Positions 1 through 12,126 of a stretch of DNA of 64,000 nt are shown piece by piece. Positions within the stretch are counted from its first letter, which is position 1, and every line of letters begins with the position of its first letter. The notes beneath the pieces are model-generated. The model made no database searches, was not told the DNA's origin, and saw only the letters and a program-made list of their open reading frames with translations. The position numbers and the translations under genes were made by a program. Where the stretch lies: contig CAVZJV010000014.1 in the NCBI GenBank assembly GCA_963775685.1, positions 512,001 through 576,000 on the forward strand, written 5' to 3'. This stretch comes from Candidatus Bathyarchaeota archaeon. Lineage in GTDB: Archaea; Thermoproteota; Bathyarchaeia; Bathyarchaeales; Bathycorpusculaceae.

Positions 1-1253
1 TCCTGCAGTTTCTCCCACAGCTTATCTTTAATAAATACAAAGTCGCCAGTGTATTTGACGTATTGTAGTACAGCATTAACATACCATAAAGTGGCGTCGA
101 CGGTGTCGTATACTGGGATGCCCGATTTGTCGGAGACAACATTGGGAATCAACCCGCTCTTGCAATACACCATAAAAGCTTGCAAAATGTCTTTAGCGTC
201 TCTGTATCTGCCAGTTGATAGCAGAAGCCCCGGCAGCGAAATGAAGGTGTCTCTGCCCCACGGTTCAAACCAATGGTACCCTGCGATAACTGCTTTTCTG
301 CATGCAGTGTTTTGAACTATAAAAGAGTCGGCGGCAAGCAAAATCCAGTTAAGCCAGTCACTCATAGGCACACCAGGATGATCGCGATGAAAATCCGACA
401 ACAACTCAGTTTTTTGATTCTTCTCCCGGTCAAGTGATGCCTTAACCTCTTGGATTGTGCCGCCAACATACCCCAAAATATCTTCTGTTTCTTGGCTTTC
501 ATGACCAACGGCGCATGTGACCGACACCTCTTTTTCCGTGCCAGCGGGTACTATCAACTCAAAAATTCCAGGCTGGAAACAGTCATCAACGTCAGATTCA
601 CCCCGCATCAACTCGTCGCGGTAGTGTATGTGGGTTAACCAGTTTATGCCTTGTTTAAATTCTCCATCGGTTATACGACAAAGAACTGCGGCTTGGGGAC
701 GCTGGAAAAATGCTTGGAACTGCGAGCCCGCGCTATCCAAAGTAAAATTCAATGGAACATGGGCTTGATAAACTACTGTATGATAATATCTGCAGGTTAA
801 AAGTGGATAAATCCTAACAGTTGTATCAGATTTGTGTTTGTTTGTTATTTTGTATATTATAGCGACAGCATTTTTGTGGGTTGGCATAAAAATTGTTTTT
901 GATACCTGCACGGTGCCCAAGTCATAAGTATAGGTAGGGAAAGGATCGATTTTAAACTGCCCAATTAACTTGTAGCCATTGGGATAAATAACATCATGGA
1001 ACTCGTTAGCGCCTAAACGATGAACATCATCACCCACTAAAATATCTTCATCGAGTTTGGAAAGGCAAACCGTGCGGTTTCCAGGCGGATCCAACGCAGC
1101 AACCAGCAAACCATGATACTTACGCGTATTAATTCCCTGCAAAGACGAAGAAGCATAACTGCCTAACCCGTTTGTTACCAACCACTCTTTCTCTATGAGG
1201 TTGCTAAAACGAGAAAAAGATTCTTTCTGAAAAATTATGGCGGGTAATTTCAT
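1..1253 (-). CDS. Glycogen debranching enzyme (amylo-alpha-1,6-glucosidase), 3' end outside window
   Basis: Not in the ORF track because the stop lies outside the window. Manual translation from ATG at 1253 gives MKLPAIIFQK...EWLVTNGLGSYASS...NTRKYHGLLVAA, and in frame VIAGYHWFEPWGRDTFISLPGLL; both are GDE N- and C-domain motifs. Confidence 0.9.
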   Translation of the reverse strand, partial: MKLPAIIFQKESFSRFSNLIEKEWLVTNGLGSYASSSLQGINTRKYHGLLVAALDPPGNRTVCLSKLDEDILVGDDVHRLGANEFHDVIYPNGYKLIGQFKIDPFPTYTYDLGTVQVSKTIFMPTHKNAVAIIYKITNKHKSDTTVRIYPLLTCRYYHTVVYQAHVPLNFTLDSAGSQFQAFFQRPQAAVLCRITDGEFKQGINWLTHIHYRDELMRGESDVDDCFQPGIFELIVPAGTEKEVSVTCAVGHESQETEDILGYVGGTIQEVKASLDREKNQKTELLSDFHRDHPGVPMSDWLNWILLAADSFIVQNTACRKAVIAGYHWFEPWGRDTFISLPGLLLSTGRYRDAKDILQAFMVYCKSGLIPNVVSDKSGIPVYDTVDATLWYVNAVLQYVKYTGDFVFIKDKLWEKLQ

Positions 1254-1254
1254 T

Positions 1255-2136
1255 TTAAGGCATCAGCTTTGCAATATTCTTATCGCGTGGAACACAGAAA
1301 TAGTTTGCGACGGGCACACATTTAGTGCGGAACATTAACAAATGAGGTTTGGTTAGTTTGAATTCGGTGAGGGTTTCAGCATACCCCATACCTTTAGCGA
1401 AGACCAATTCGGAAGCGTCATAGACTTTCAGGAACTCGGGGGAAGCTTCCTTCTTCTGTAGACCAACAGCGTCACACCCGGTGGTTATCACCTCGTCGGC
1501 GAGTTTGTCGATGTTAGAGATTTCTACATCTTCCATGGTGGCGTCGTTTATGACGGGCCCACCTTTAACGACATAAGTGACCTTTAAACCCATGTTTTTG
1601 AGTTGCTCAACTAGCAATGAATCAAAAACGATTTCCCCAGCGTTATCCGCCAAAAACAGAACGCTCTGAGCTTTTTTTGCCAACTCGTAAGCCTTATCAA
1701 TGTCGTCAATTACAAGATCTTTTGTAGCTCCCCGAAGAACCCCTGCCAAACTCTTTAATGTGAACTTATGCCCAGGAATATCAAACTCCATGATGTTGCC
1801 AACAATTGCGCAGATGCAGGCTTTTTTGAACCGTTCCTTCTGGTTGATTCCGGATTCGACGTATTTTTTTGCGTGAGGACGCAGTTTTAGGGCTTTTTCG
1901 TTTGCTGCTTTTTTGTTATACTTGTATGGGTCACTGTTGCTTGTTAATTTCCTGATTATGCGATCTCGCTTGGTGCCAATGTCAGCAGCAACCGATGAGG
2001 GTTTGAACTCGCGGTTGAGCAGCTTCACGATTTCAGCAAGGCACCTAAAACGCAAAGCAGGGTTTGTGGTGGCTTGGTAGGTTTGGATTTGTGCCCTATA
2101 AAGCAGGCAGGATTCGCATTCAGGTTCAACCTTCAA
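1255..2136 (-). CDS. Damage-control phosphatase, ARMT1/DUF89 family
   Basis: Motifs LKVEPECESC, GNIMEF, DNAGEIVFD, PVINDAT, KGMGYAETL. Likely TTG start at 2136. Confidence 0.9.
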   Translation of the reverse strand: MKVEPECESCLLYRAQIQTYQATTNPALRFRCLAEIVKLLNREFKPSSVAADIGTKRDRIIRKLTSNSDPYKYNKKAANEKALKLRPHAKKYVESGINQKERFKKACICAIVGNIMEFDIPGHKFTLKSLAGVLRGATKDLVIDDIDKAYELAKKAQSVLFLADNAGEIVFDSLLVEQLKNMGLKVTYVVKGGPVINDATMEDVEISNIDKLADEVITTGCDAVGLQKKEASPEFLKVYDASELVFAKGMGYAETLTEFKLTKPHLLMFRTKCVPVANYFCVPRDKNIAKLMP

Positions 2137-2152
2137 GGAGCTCCACACACAT

Positions 2153-4610
<2,458 letters not shown>

Positions 4611-4697
4611 GTTACCGCCATAAAACCCTTATTTAGTAGTAAAGTACGTTGTCCATGTTTATATATTGTATCTTTTTAGACACAACAAAACACAATA

Positions 4698-5360
4698 TTA
4701 AACCAACTTCGTCTGCACTGAATCATGCTCACTTTTAGCTCTCCTTGCAGGCTCCCAAGACTTCCGTACGCAACTAGGGTAATCGCCATCTCGATCTAGC
4801 AGCCGCTTCAAAAAAGCCATTGTTTTCTCGTCCGTTAAGTATCCGGTTCCGAAGTCACCATACTTTGAGGTTAACTTGGCGATTTCCCGGTCCCGCTCAA
4901 CTTTAGCTATAATTGATGCTGCAGAAACAACAGGATATGTTCGGTCAGCTTTGTGTTCAGCAAAAATTTTTATTTTGATTTTAAGGCACTCTTTTATATG
5001 GTTGCCGAAGCGTTCTTCTAGCACATCTGCGGCGTCGACATATGCCTCGTCGGGTTTTAGGGCTTGGATTATTTTTGCCATGGTTTGGGCTTCGAGACGG
5101 TTCAGTTTGTGCAGTCTTCGTTCGCTTCGCACCACCTTGTCGATTTGAGGAGGCGGAACCTTGATGACTTGGTGTTTTTGGGCTATCTTGAGAATATCAG
5201 GATACAAGGCCTCGCGTTTCTTAGCGGTTAAAAGTTTTGAATCTTTGACACCCAGTTCAGCTAGCAACTGCAGGTTCTCAGTTTGTACTGCGACACCAGC
5301 AACCACTAAAGGACCGATAACGCATCCTCTCCCCGCTTCGTCCACGCCAGCAACCAACAT
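4698..5360 (-). CDS. rnhB: Ribonuclease HII
   Basis: Motifs GVDEAGRG, GVKDSK, EHKAD, VSAASIIAKV. Confidence 0.97.
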   Translation of the reverse strand: MLVAGVDEAGRGCVIGPLVVAGVAVQTENLQLLAELGVKDSKLLTAKKREALYPDILKIAQKHQVIKVPPPQIDKVVRSERRLHKLNRLEAQTMAKIIQALKPDEAYVDAADVLEERFGNHIKECLKIKIKIFAEHKADRTYPVVSAASIIAKVERDREIAKLTSKYGDFGTGYLTDEKTMAFLKRLLDRDGDYPSCVRKSWEPARRAKSEHDSVQTKLV

Positions 5361-5468
5361 CAGATGTTTTCAGCCTAACCAGTGAATTGTTTGGATTCTA
5401 GTCTATATTGCTTTTCCAAAAAACCGATCTCAAGAAAAAGAAGAAAAAAGGAAAAATATTTTTAAACC

Positions 5469-5906
5469 TTACTTAAAGTTGAGTTCAAAACTTATCGGGA
5501 CAGCCTCGCCCCATGACTGCCGAATCGGGCAAATCTTCTGTGCCATCGCATACACAGTGGATGCCTTTTTGCGTTCCCGTTCATTATCGTTCTCCAAAGC
5601 TACGTTCATGTTGAAGTGTACGTTTGTGAAAATCAGTTTCTCCATTCCTTCCACGTTCATTTTTACGTTTGCGATTGTTTCTAGGTTTTTGAGTTCTAAC
5701 TGGCTATTTTTTGCAATCAACAAAAACAGGGTATTGATGCAAGAAGCTAATGCAGCGGCGAATATATCCTCGGGCACACAGTATCCTTCTTTTCCTCCAA
5801 ACGAGGGCGGTGGGCTAACGGTGATGATTTTTTTGCCTTTGATTGAGAGTTCGCATTCGGTTGAGCCTTTCCATGTGGCGGTTCCTTCAAAATTCATTTC
5901 AGGCAT
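5469..5906 (-). CDS. OsmC/Ohr family protein
   Basis: Motifs PPPSFGG...PEDIFAAALASC and KICPI (two conserved Cys). Confidence 0.88.
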   Translation of the reverse strand: MPEMNFEGTATWKGSTECELSIKGKKIITVSPPPSFGGKEGYCVPEDIFAAALASCINTLFLLIAKNSQLELKNLETIANVKMNVEGMEKLIFTNVHFNMNVALENDNERERKKASTVYAMAQKICPIRQSWGEAVPISFELNFK

Positions 5907-5928
5907 TATTATTCATCCTTTTCCATAG

Positions 5929-5965
5929 ATATTCTGTTATTAGAATATGTTAACTTGTTAACTTA
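5929..5965. promoter_or_regulatory. Inverted repeat ATATTCT-N6-AGAATAT plus tandem GTTAACTT upstream of the OsmC gene
   Basis: Seen directly. A related palindrome, ATATTCGAATAT, lies just upstream of the ArsR gene (about 6439-6450). Confidence 0.4.
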
Positions 5966-6050
5966 TTTATGCCTTTTCTATTTTGAACATTAATCTTCAG
6001 GGTCTTAGATCAAAACGTTCTCCGTTTAAAAGCTGTTTTTTATTTTTGCC

Positions 6051-6438
6051 TCAATTGAAACGCAAAGTTTTTTGAAAGGCTTGTCGTCTCCCAAGAGAGT
6101 CAATTAGCAGATCTCTTACGATATCGCAAGCTGTATTTATTTTTGGGTTAGCAACACTGTAGTATATGTTGGATCCCTGTTTTTTAGTCGTCAAAATCTG
6201 TGCTTGCTGCATTATAGAGAGGTGCTGAGAAACATTCGACTGTCTTAACCCGAGGATATCTGTAAGTCCCCCAAACACACTTTTCCGAGCGCATCAGTAT
6301 TTCACCAACAGATTTTTCGCCTTCTCTTAAGACGCGAAGTATCCTCAGTCTTGTAGAGTTAGCTACTGTCTTGCGTATTTCAACCTGCATCCCGAAGACA
6401 TCGAAGCTGCTCTGGGCTTTTTCCATCGTCATCTCCAC
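6051..6438 (-). pseudogene. ArsR/SmtB-family regulator, frameshifted
   Basis: N-half VANSTRLRILRVLREGEKSVGE and C-half LGLRQSNVSQHLSIM...GSNIYYS lie in different frames, with a degenerate ~35-bp duplication at the junction. Confidence 0.75.
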
Positions 6439-6511
6439 ATATTCGAATATTCTAAAAGAGTAAATGGTACTTTTATCGTTTACTTGTAACCCAAAAACCT
6501 TTTTGGTTTAA

Positions 6512-6530
6512 AAGGCGCCACAGGCGCCTT
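6512..6530 (-). terminator. GC-rich hairpin AAGGCGCC-TGT-GGCGCCTT followed by T residues, downstream of flpA
   Basis: Perfect 8-bp inverted repeat. Confidence 0.35.
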
Positions 6531-6603
6531 CTTAGATTGATCCCAACAAGCTGTGTGGGAGGCTCATAGTCTTTTTCTCGAAGCCATCAATGTCGCATAG
6601 AAA

Positions 6604-7302
6604 TTAAAGATGCTGCGCCACTATCATAGCATGGGCTTTATCATACGGTTCCAGCTCCACAACTTCTTTAACGTCAAACCCTCTGTTTCTCAAAACATTG
6701 GCTTCCTGCCGATAAACCGCACTGGGATCCATGGTAACATCAATGCTCTGAGACTTGCATGCCAGCATAACCCAGCCATTTGGCTTAAGGAAAACATCTG
6801 CATTATCAGCTAGCAACTTTGCCTGTTTAGGCTGCGCTACATCGCAGTAAATCGTGTCAACTTTGCCTGAGATAAACATTGCATATCGCTCGGGTAGGCG
6901 TGCGTCTTCCAGCATAGGCGAAATGTTGTTTCGATAAGCCGCCACATTGTTAACTAAATCCCTAATTGAGCGCTGGGCAAACTCAACGCAGTAGACATAT
7001 CCGCTGTCACCAACTATGTCTGACACATGACTGGGAGTAGTCCCTGACGCAGCACCCAAATACAGCACTTTAAAACCTGGTTCTATGGGTACGTTTTGTA
7101 ATCCTTTGATTATTGCTCCGGCGAGCTTGCTGCGGAAAGCATCCCAAACACGATATTCAACATATTTAAATTTGAAAAGCCGTTCGCCATAAACCTTCAA
7201 ACCAGGGGTAAGATTGCGGGTGGCTAAGCGTTGTGCACCATCTTCAAGCATAACCTGGTAGATTTCTTTGAAATTGGGGTGCGGTTTAACTTTGAGGTGC
7301 AC
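6604..7302 (-). CDS. flpA: Fibrillarin-like rRNA/tRNA 2'-O-methyltransferase
   Basis: Motifs VYGERL, RSKLAGAI, VLYLGAASGTTPSHVSDIV, DVAQP, LEPYDKAH. Likely GTG start at 7302, overlapping the nop5 stop. Confidence 0.96.
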   Translation of the reverse strand: MHLKVKPHPNFKEIYQVMLEDGAQRLATRNLTPGLKVYGERLFKFKYVEYRVWDAFRSKLAGAIIKGLQNVPIEPGFKVLYLGAASGTTPSHVSDIVGDSGYVYCVEFAQRSIRDLVNNVAAYRNNISPMLEDARLPERYAMFISGKVDTIYCDVAQPKQAKLLADNADVFLKPNGWVMLACKSQSIDVTMDPSAVYRQEANVLRNRGFDVKEVVELEPYDKAHAMIVAQHL

Positions 7303-8713
7303 TTCTGTCTGGTCCCCGGTTTTGACCGCCGCCGCTTCCGCCATCCGCGTCGATCACGTCTATCTCGTCCGCCGCCGTAACTGAAATTGCGGCCTCCGCC
7401 TCCACCGCGCCACCTTGACGTGGTGGTCTTGGACCTCGGTCACCACCGCCAAAGTTTTTACCGCCACCTCTGAACCCGCCTCGATCATCTCTCCGTGGAG
7501 GACGATATTCGCGGCGTTCAAATGACCCTTCTGGTCTGGGTTTAGTTTCTTTTGGTGCTGGCGGTTCTTTGTATTTTTCGTGGATTTCCTCTATGCGTTT
7601 GTTAATGTCAGCTTTTAATTTGTCTCCGATATAGTGTCCTGCTCCGAAAGCGTCTGCTCTGGCTGCGATGGCTAGTTTGCCAGCGATGACTCTTGCGATT
7701 TTTCCTCGTTGCCATCTTTTCGCATCGTGGAGAAGGGTATGCTGAAAGATTAAGCCGTGTTTTGGTGGTCGAGCTCCTGTTTTTAGGCTGCGAAAAAGGG
7801 CTTTTTCTGCGCCTATGACTTGGATGGTGCTTGCTGGTCTCATGGCAAGGTTCTTTAGGCTTCCAGCCATAGCGATTAAACGTGCGCCTAGGAGTGCGCC
7901 TGCAACTGCGCGGACGTTAGGTGCCAGTTCCTCCATAGTGTGGTCAACGTAATCTTCCATATTCTTGCGTAACAGATAGAAGCCAAGCACGTCCTTGGCT
8001 AAGTCTTGTATCATCTCAAGGTCGGCTTCTGCGATGTCTGCGCCCATGGATGATTCGGCCGCTTTGGCAGCAAGCTGGCTTCGTTCTTTTGGAATGTTCT
8101 CATTTTCCAGATTGTCAACGGTAAAGTTTTCCCTATCGCCCAAATTCATAACAAGCCGTGAGTAAGTTTCATGTTTCTCGACTAGGCGATCAAGTTCAGG
8201 GAAGTAAACTCCATACCATTCACGGAGTCTGCCCATAAATAGGTTAACGGTTTGGTCTAAACTATCTAGCGTTTGGATGCTTTGAGCGACAATTAAATCC
8301 CGCTTTCCGGAGGCACCTTTAATCCTTAATTTTGCAAGTTCCAAGCTGACATTGCGGTTCCATGTGTTTAGTTCTTGTCCATCTTGGACAAAACCTGTTT
8401 CGATTGCAATCTCACTCACACGTGAGTGCAACACTGCGGTTTCTGCTGGCTTGGCAACTTCGACGGCGATTTTTAGCTTCTTTTGAGCTTCCTCTGCCAA
8501 TTTGCCGTTTTCAAAAACAAACGTGTCATAACCAACGCTTGCTAGAAGTGTGATTAGTGATGACACTTGGTCGGATATTTTTCCCGATTCGGTTTTGAGT
8601 AAGCTTTTTGCTGCCGCTTGTGTCTTTTTTGGAAACAGCGCTTTTTCTACTAAGCCATTGTTTTCGTCGAAAGCTGCTACGCCGAAGGGAAATTGAACTA
8701 TGAATAGTTTCAT
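7286..8713 (-). CDS. nop5: C/D box RNP subunit Nop5 (Nop56/58) with RGG-rich C-terminal tail
   Basis: Motifs LREWYGVYFPEL, PASTIQVIGAEKALFR, PPKHGLIF, RGKIARVIAGKLAIAARAD. Confidence 0.95.
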   Translation of the reverse strand: MKLFIVQFPFGVAAFDENNGLVEKALFPKKTQAAAKSLLKTESGKISDQVSSLITLLASVGYDTFVFENGKLAEEAQKKLKIAVEVAKPAETAVLHSRVSEIAIETGFVQDGQELNTWNRNVSLELAKLRIKGASGKRDLIVAQSIQTLDSLDQTVNLFMGRLREWYGVYFPELDRLVEKHETYSRLVMNLGDRENFTVDNLENENIPKERSQLAAKAAESSMGADIAEADLEMIQDLAKDVLGFYLLRKNMEDYVDHTMEELAPNVRAVAGALLGARLIAMAGSLKNLAMRPASTIQVIGAEKALFRSLKTGARPPKHGLIFQHTLLHDAKRWQRGKIARVIAGKLAIAARADAFGAGHYIGDKLKADINKRIEEIHEKYKEPPAPKETKPRPEGSFERREYRPPRRDDRGGFRGGGKNFGGGDRGPRPPRQGGAVEAEAAISVTAADEIDVIDADGGSGGGQNRGPDRSAPQS

Positions 8714-8933
8714 TTTATTGGCCCCGATAAACTATGTATTGTCACTGCATTGTCTTAATAAATAGTTTCGCTAACCTAAACCAAAAAGAACCGTTTTCTC
8801 CATGTTACGGCTCCAACACTTGTTACCCAAGGATACTGTACTTGAACATGTTCAGCTATGCAACTCGGCGGATTTGCCAAATGTTTGGACTTAAGGATAA
8901 TACAAAAATCTTCAAGTTCAACCAAAAAGGCTC

Positions 8934-9002
8934 AGCCTGAGTTTAGGGGTGAGCCCGTTCCGGCTTACTTCAATATGGGCCTAAGTTAGAGATAGTCAGG
9001 CT
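8934..9002. ncRNA. Candidate structured small RNA (nested three-stem hairpin)
   Basis: Nested complementarity AGCCTGA/TCAGGCT, GTTTAGG/CCTAAGT and GTGAGCC/GGCTTAC in an AT-rich intergenic region. Confidence 0.35.
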
Positions 9003-9519
9003 CGGAAATCGAATAAAATACTTAAATATTAAGAAAGCTGACTGTTTTATGGTGGGAAGTCCCTGAATAATAAAGCAAGTCAGGCATCATGAGCCTTTTT
9101 TTCTCTCGACCGATAAGAACCGAGTTATTGCCTTGAATTATATCAAGTCAAAAATGCTTAAAGCTTTTCTATATGTTACGATTCTTAATTAGATGACGAA
9201 CATAAGTGCGGTGAGTGTGCCTAGCATCGTTGAGTTCTTAGCAAGGGCTTTTTACTTTATCTGTATCAGCGCTGCAAAGTTTCGTAGAGCAAACGCAGAA
9301 TCTCTTGATCAACTTCATCTTCACAGAAACTCGTTCGGTAGGTGCCTGCTCAAAATCAAAAAACCTTGACGAGTAAAGATTGTGCATGACTCGTATCAAA
9401 TTAAGTGAGTAGTTCCGAACCCGGTTTGGGTCTGAGACCCGCGGTCCCCCAATATTGTGATTTAGCCGTACTTAGCGCTAACATAATGTCTGCTTGAATT
9501 CGGCATAATGGGCATCTAA

Positions 9520-9685
9520 CGACTATAACCAGGCAAGCAGTTAACGAACGGAATATCTTTAACGTTGCTCTTAACAGCTTTCTCTATTTCATTCGCTATC
9601 CGAGCCATCATCTCAACGGCCTCCACAGGATACTGACCCACCGCTGTTTCACCCGAGAGCATAATGGCATCTGACCCTGAGCTCC
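9520..9685 (-). pseudogene. pyk: Pyruvate kinase fragment
   Basis: Manual translation [28 protein letters not shown] matches the PK signature. No N-terminal part is present and stops follow. Confidence 0.85.
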
Positions 9686-10049
9686 TTTTTATCCCAAAAA
9701 GAAAGCCGACTTATGCAATAAACAAACTTTATATAAAAGACAAAATTAACCATCATTTTTCATGAGGCAAATGATGGGTGAACGTCTTTCCCAAAAATCT
9801 AAGGCTAAATAAATATTATAGGCTTATTTCGAATTAAGGTTCTTACTTTAAGAAAAATATGCAAATATAGCAACTTCGGGTCTTTTCAGAAAAACAAGAT
9901 CGCGATTTGCCATTTTCTTGAGCAGAAATTTGGAATCATTGTAATAATTGAATAATAAAATAACTTTGGCAGCCACAGTTTTCAGGTTCTTTATGTTTTT
10001 TATCCTCAAAAAATTTAATAGAACAGCTTTAAATTAAGTTCCAACAGGG

Positions 10050-10979
10050 ATGGGCAAACACATACCAGCTCAGAAAACAAAACCAAAAACAGTTGAAGCC
10101 AAAAATAAAACAGTTACAGTTGGGCTTATCCAAACCACTGTTTCAGAAAATATAGCAGAAAACATGAAAAAAACTGCGGAAAAAATTGAACAAGCTGCTA
10201 AATTAGGCGCCCAAATCGTGTGCCTCCAGGAACTCTACCGCACAAGGTATTTTCCACAGCAAGAAAACCAAGATGTCAAGAGCTTTGCTGAAACTATCCC
10301 CGGCGAATCCACAGAGTTGTTTTCTGGGTTCGCGAAAAAGTACGGAATTGTTATCATTGCGCCCTTGTTTGAGAAAAGCAGGGAAAGCAAATTTTACAAC
10401 ACAGCAGTGGTCATTGGTTACGACGGCGAAATAATGGGCACCTACCGGAAAGCCCACATACCTTTCGACCCTTACTTCTACGAGAAAGACTACTTTGAAA
10501 TGGGCGACACAGATTATCTGGTTTTTGATACATGTTTTGCACGGATTGGGGTGCTCATCTGTTATGATCAGTGGTTCCCTGAGCCAGCTCGCATCAACGC
10601 TTTGAGGGGAGCAGAAATCATCTTTTACCCAACCGCAATTGGCTACGTTAAAGGTTACACCTCAACAGACGGGAACTGGCATGATGCCTGGAAAACAGTG
10701 CAACGTGCCCATGCGATAGCGAACGGGATTCATATTGCCGCCGTTAACCGAGTTGGCGAGGAGAGCGAGTTGGAGTTTTGGGGGGGCTCTTTTATCTGCG
10801 ATAGTTTCGGCAAAATACTCACAGAAGCCAGCATCACAAAGGAAGAAGTGTTGATTGCAACGGTGGATTTGGATAAGAACAAGAAAATTCAGGAAGGCTG
10901 GGGCTTTCTACGCAACAGACGCCCCGACACTTATCAGCAGCTCACAAGAGACAACCAGAAAGGTGCAGAAGATGAGTAG
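10050..10979 (+). CDS. aguB: N-carbamoylputrescine amidase (carbon-nitrogen hydrolase)
   Basis: Motifs CLQEL, YRKAHIP, ICYDQWFPE, YPTAIG, RNRRPDTY. Adjacent to agmatine deiminase. Confidence 0.9.
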   Translation: MGKHIPAQKTKPKTVEAKNKTVTVGLIQTTVSENIAENMKKTAEKIEQAAKLGAQIVCLQELYRTRYFPQQENQDVKSFAETIPGESTELFSGFAKKYGIVIIAPLFEKSRESKFYNTAVVIGYDGEIMGTYRKAHIPFDPYFYEKDYFEMGDTDYLVFDTCFARIGVLICYDQWFPEPARINALRGAEIIFYPTAIGYVKGYTSTDGNWHDAWKTVQRAHAIANGIHIAAVNRVGEESELEFWGGSFICDSFGKILTEASITKEEVLIATVDLDKNKKIQEGWGFLRNRRPDTYQQLTRDNQKGAEDE

Positions 10980-12021
10980 TTCAGAGCGGACATGCCATGA
11001 ACAGGGCTTTTGCATGCCAGCTGAATGGGAAAAACACGACGCTATCTGGCTTGCGTGGCCATATGACCCGACTACTTTCCCAGACAGAGTTGCTCGTGTC
11101 GAAGCCGTTTATGTCCAAATCGTCAAGGAAATTCATGAGGGTGAACAAGTAAATCTTTTTGTCATTGACGAGCCCACCAAACAGAAAGTCACAAAAATAT
11201 TTAAGGAAGCAAAAATCGACCTTGATAGAATCAACTTCTATGTCTCCGATTACTCCGATGTATGGTTTAGGGATTATGGACCAATATTCGTCAAAAATCA
11301 AAACCACGAACTCGCCATGATTCACTGGGACTTCAATTCTTGGGGAGAAAAATATGAAACGCTCCTAAGAGACAAGCAAATCCCAAATGTCATAAACCAA
11401 AAAATTGCAATTAAATGCTTCAAACCCGGCATTGTTCTGGAAGGCGGTTCAATAGATGTCAATGGCAAAGGAACCTTGCTAACGACCGAGCAGTGCCTCC
11501 TTAACAAAAACCGAAATCCTCAGCTTAACAAAAAAGATATTGAAAAATTCTTGTTCGAATATTTAGGGGCAACTAATTTTATTTGGCTCAAAAACGGCAT
11601 CCTAGGCGATGACACAGACGGTCACGTAGACGATTTAGCTCGATTTGTTAGTCCATCTACTATCGTTTGCGCTGGTCAAGACGATGAAAAGGATGTAGAT
11701 TACGAGGCACTATCAGAAAACTATGACATTCTTTGCCAAGCAAGAGACCAAGACGGCGAGAAGTTGAAGATTGTAAAGTTGCCTATGCCCAGAGTTATGA
11801 GCGACGAGAACGAACGACTACCAGCAACCTATACAAACTTCTACATCGGCAACCAAAAGGTCTTGGTTCCCGTGTTTGATCATGAAAACGATAAAAAAGC
11901 CTTATCGATTCTCCAAGAGTTGTTTCCAACCCGCAGGGTTGTAGGAATAAAATGCATTGATTTAGTTTATGGGTTTGGCACGATTCATTGTATTAGCCAG
12001 CAGCAGCCCTGCAGCGTTTAA
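10972..12021 (+). CDS. aguA: Agmatine deiminase
   Basis: Motifs MPAEWE, WFRDYGP, LEGGSI, DDTDGHVD, GTIHCISQQQP. ATG at 10972. Confidence 0.93.
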   Translation: MSSSERTCHEQGFCMPAEWEKHDAIWLAWPYDPTTFPDRVARVEAVYVQIVKEIHEGEQVNLFVIDEPTKQKVTKIFKEAKIDLDRINFYVSDYSDVWFRDYGPIFVKNQNHELAMIHWDFNSWGEKYETLLRDKQIPNVINQKIAIKCFKPGIVLEGGSIDVNGKGTLLTTEQCLLNKNRNPQLNKKDIEKFLFEYLGATNFIWLKNGILGDDTDGHVDDLARFVSPSTIVCAGQDDEKDVDYEALSENYDILCQARDQDGEKLKIVKLPMPRVMSDENERLPATYTNFYIGNQKVLVPVFDHENDKKALSILQELFPTRRVVGIKCIDLVYGFGTIHCISQQQPCSV

Positions 12022-12126
12022 GCGTGTAACATAATCGGTTCAAAGGTCACTATTTAGTTAAGTTTAAACTTAGCACTATACTAATAGCTAAACCCCACAG
12101 TTTGAGGAGATAGGGAGAGTTTAGAT

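Noticed and set aside
49-638. Short + strand ORFs 49-315 and 450-638, and similar antisense ORFs throughout the track
   Set aside because: Shadows of well-supported genes on the opposite strand.
9190-9245. C/D box sRNA (ATGACGA...GTGA...CTTA)
   Set aside because: The D box is CTTA rather than CTGA, and the C' box is unconvincing.
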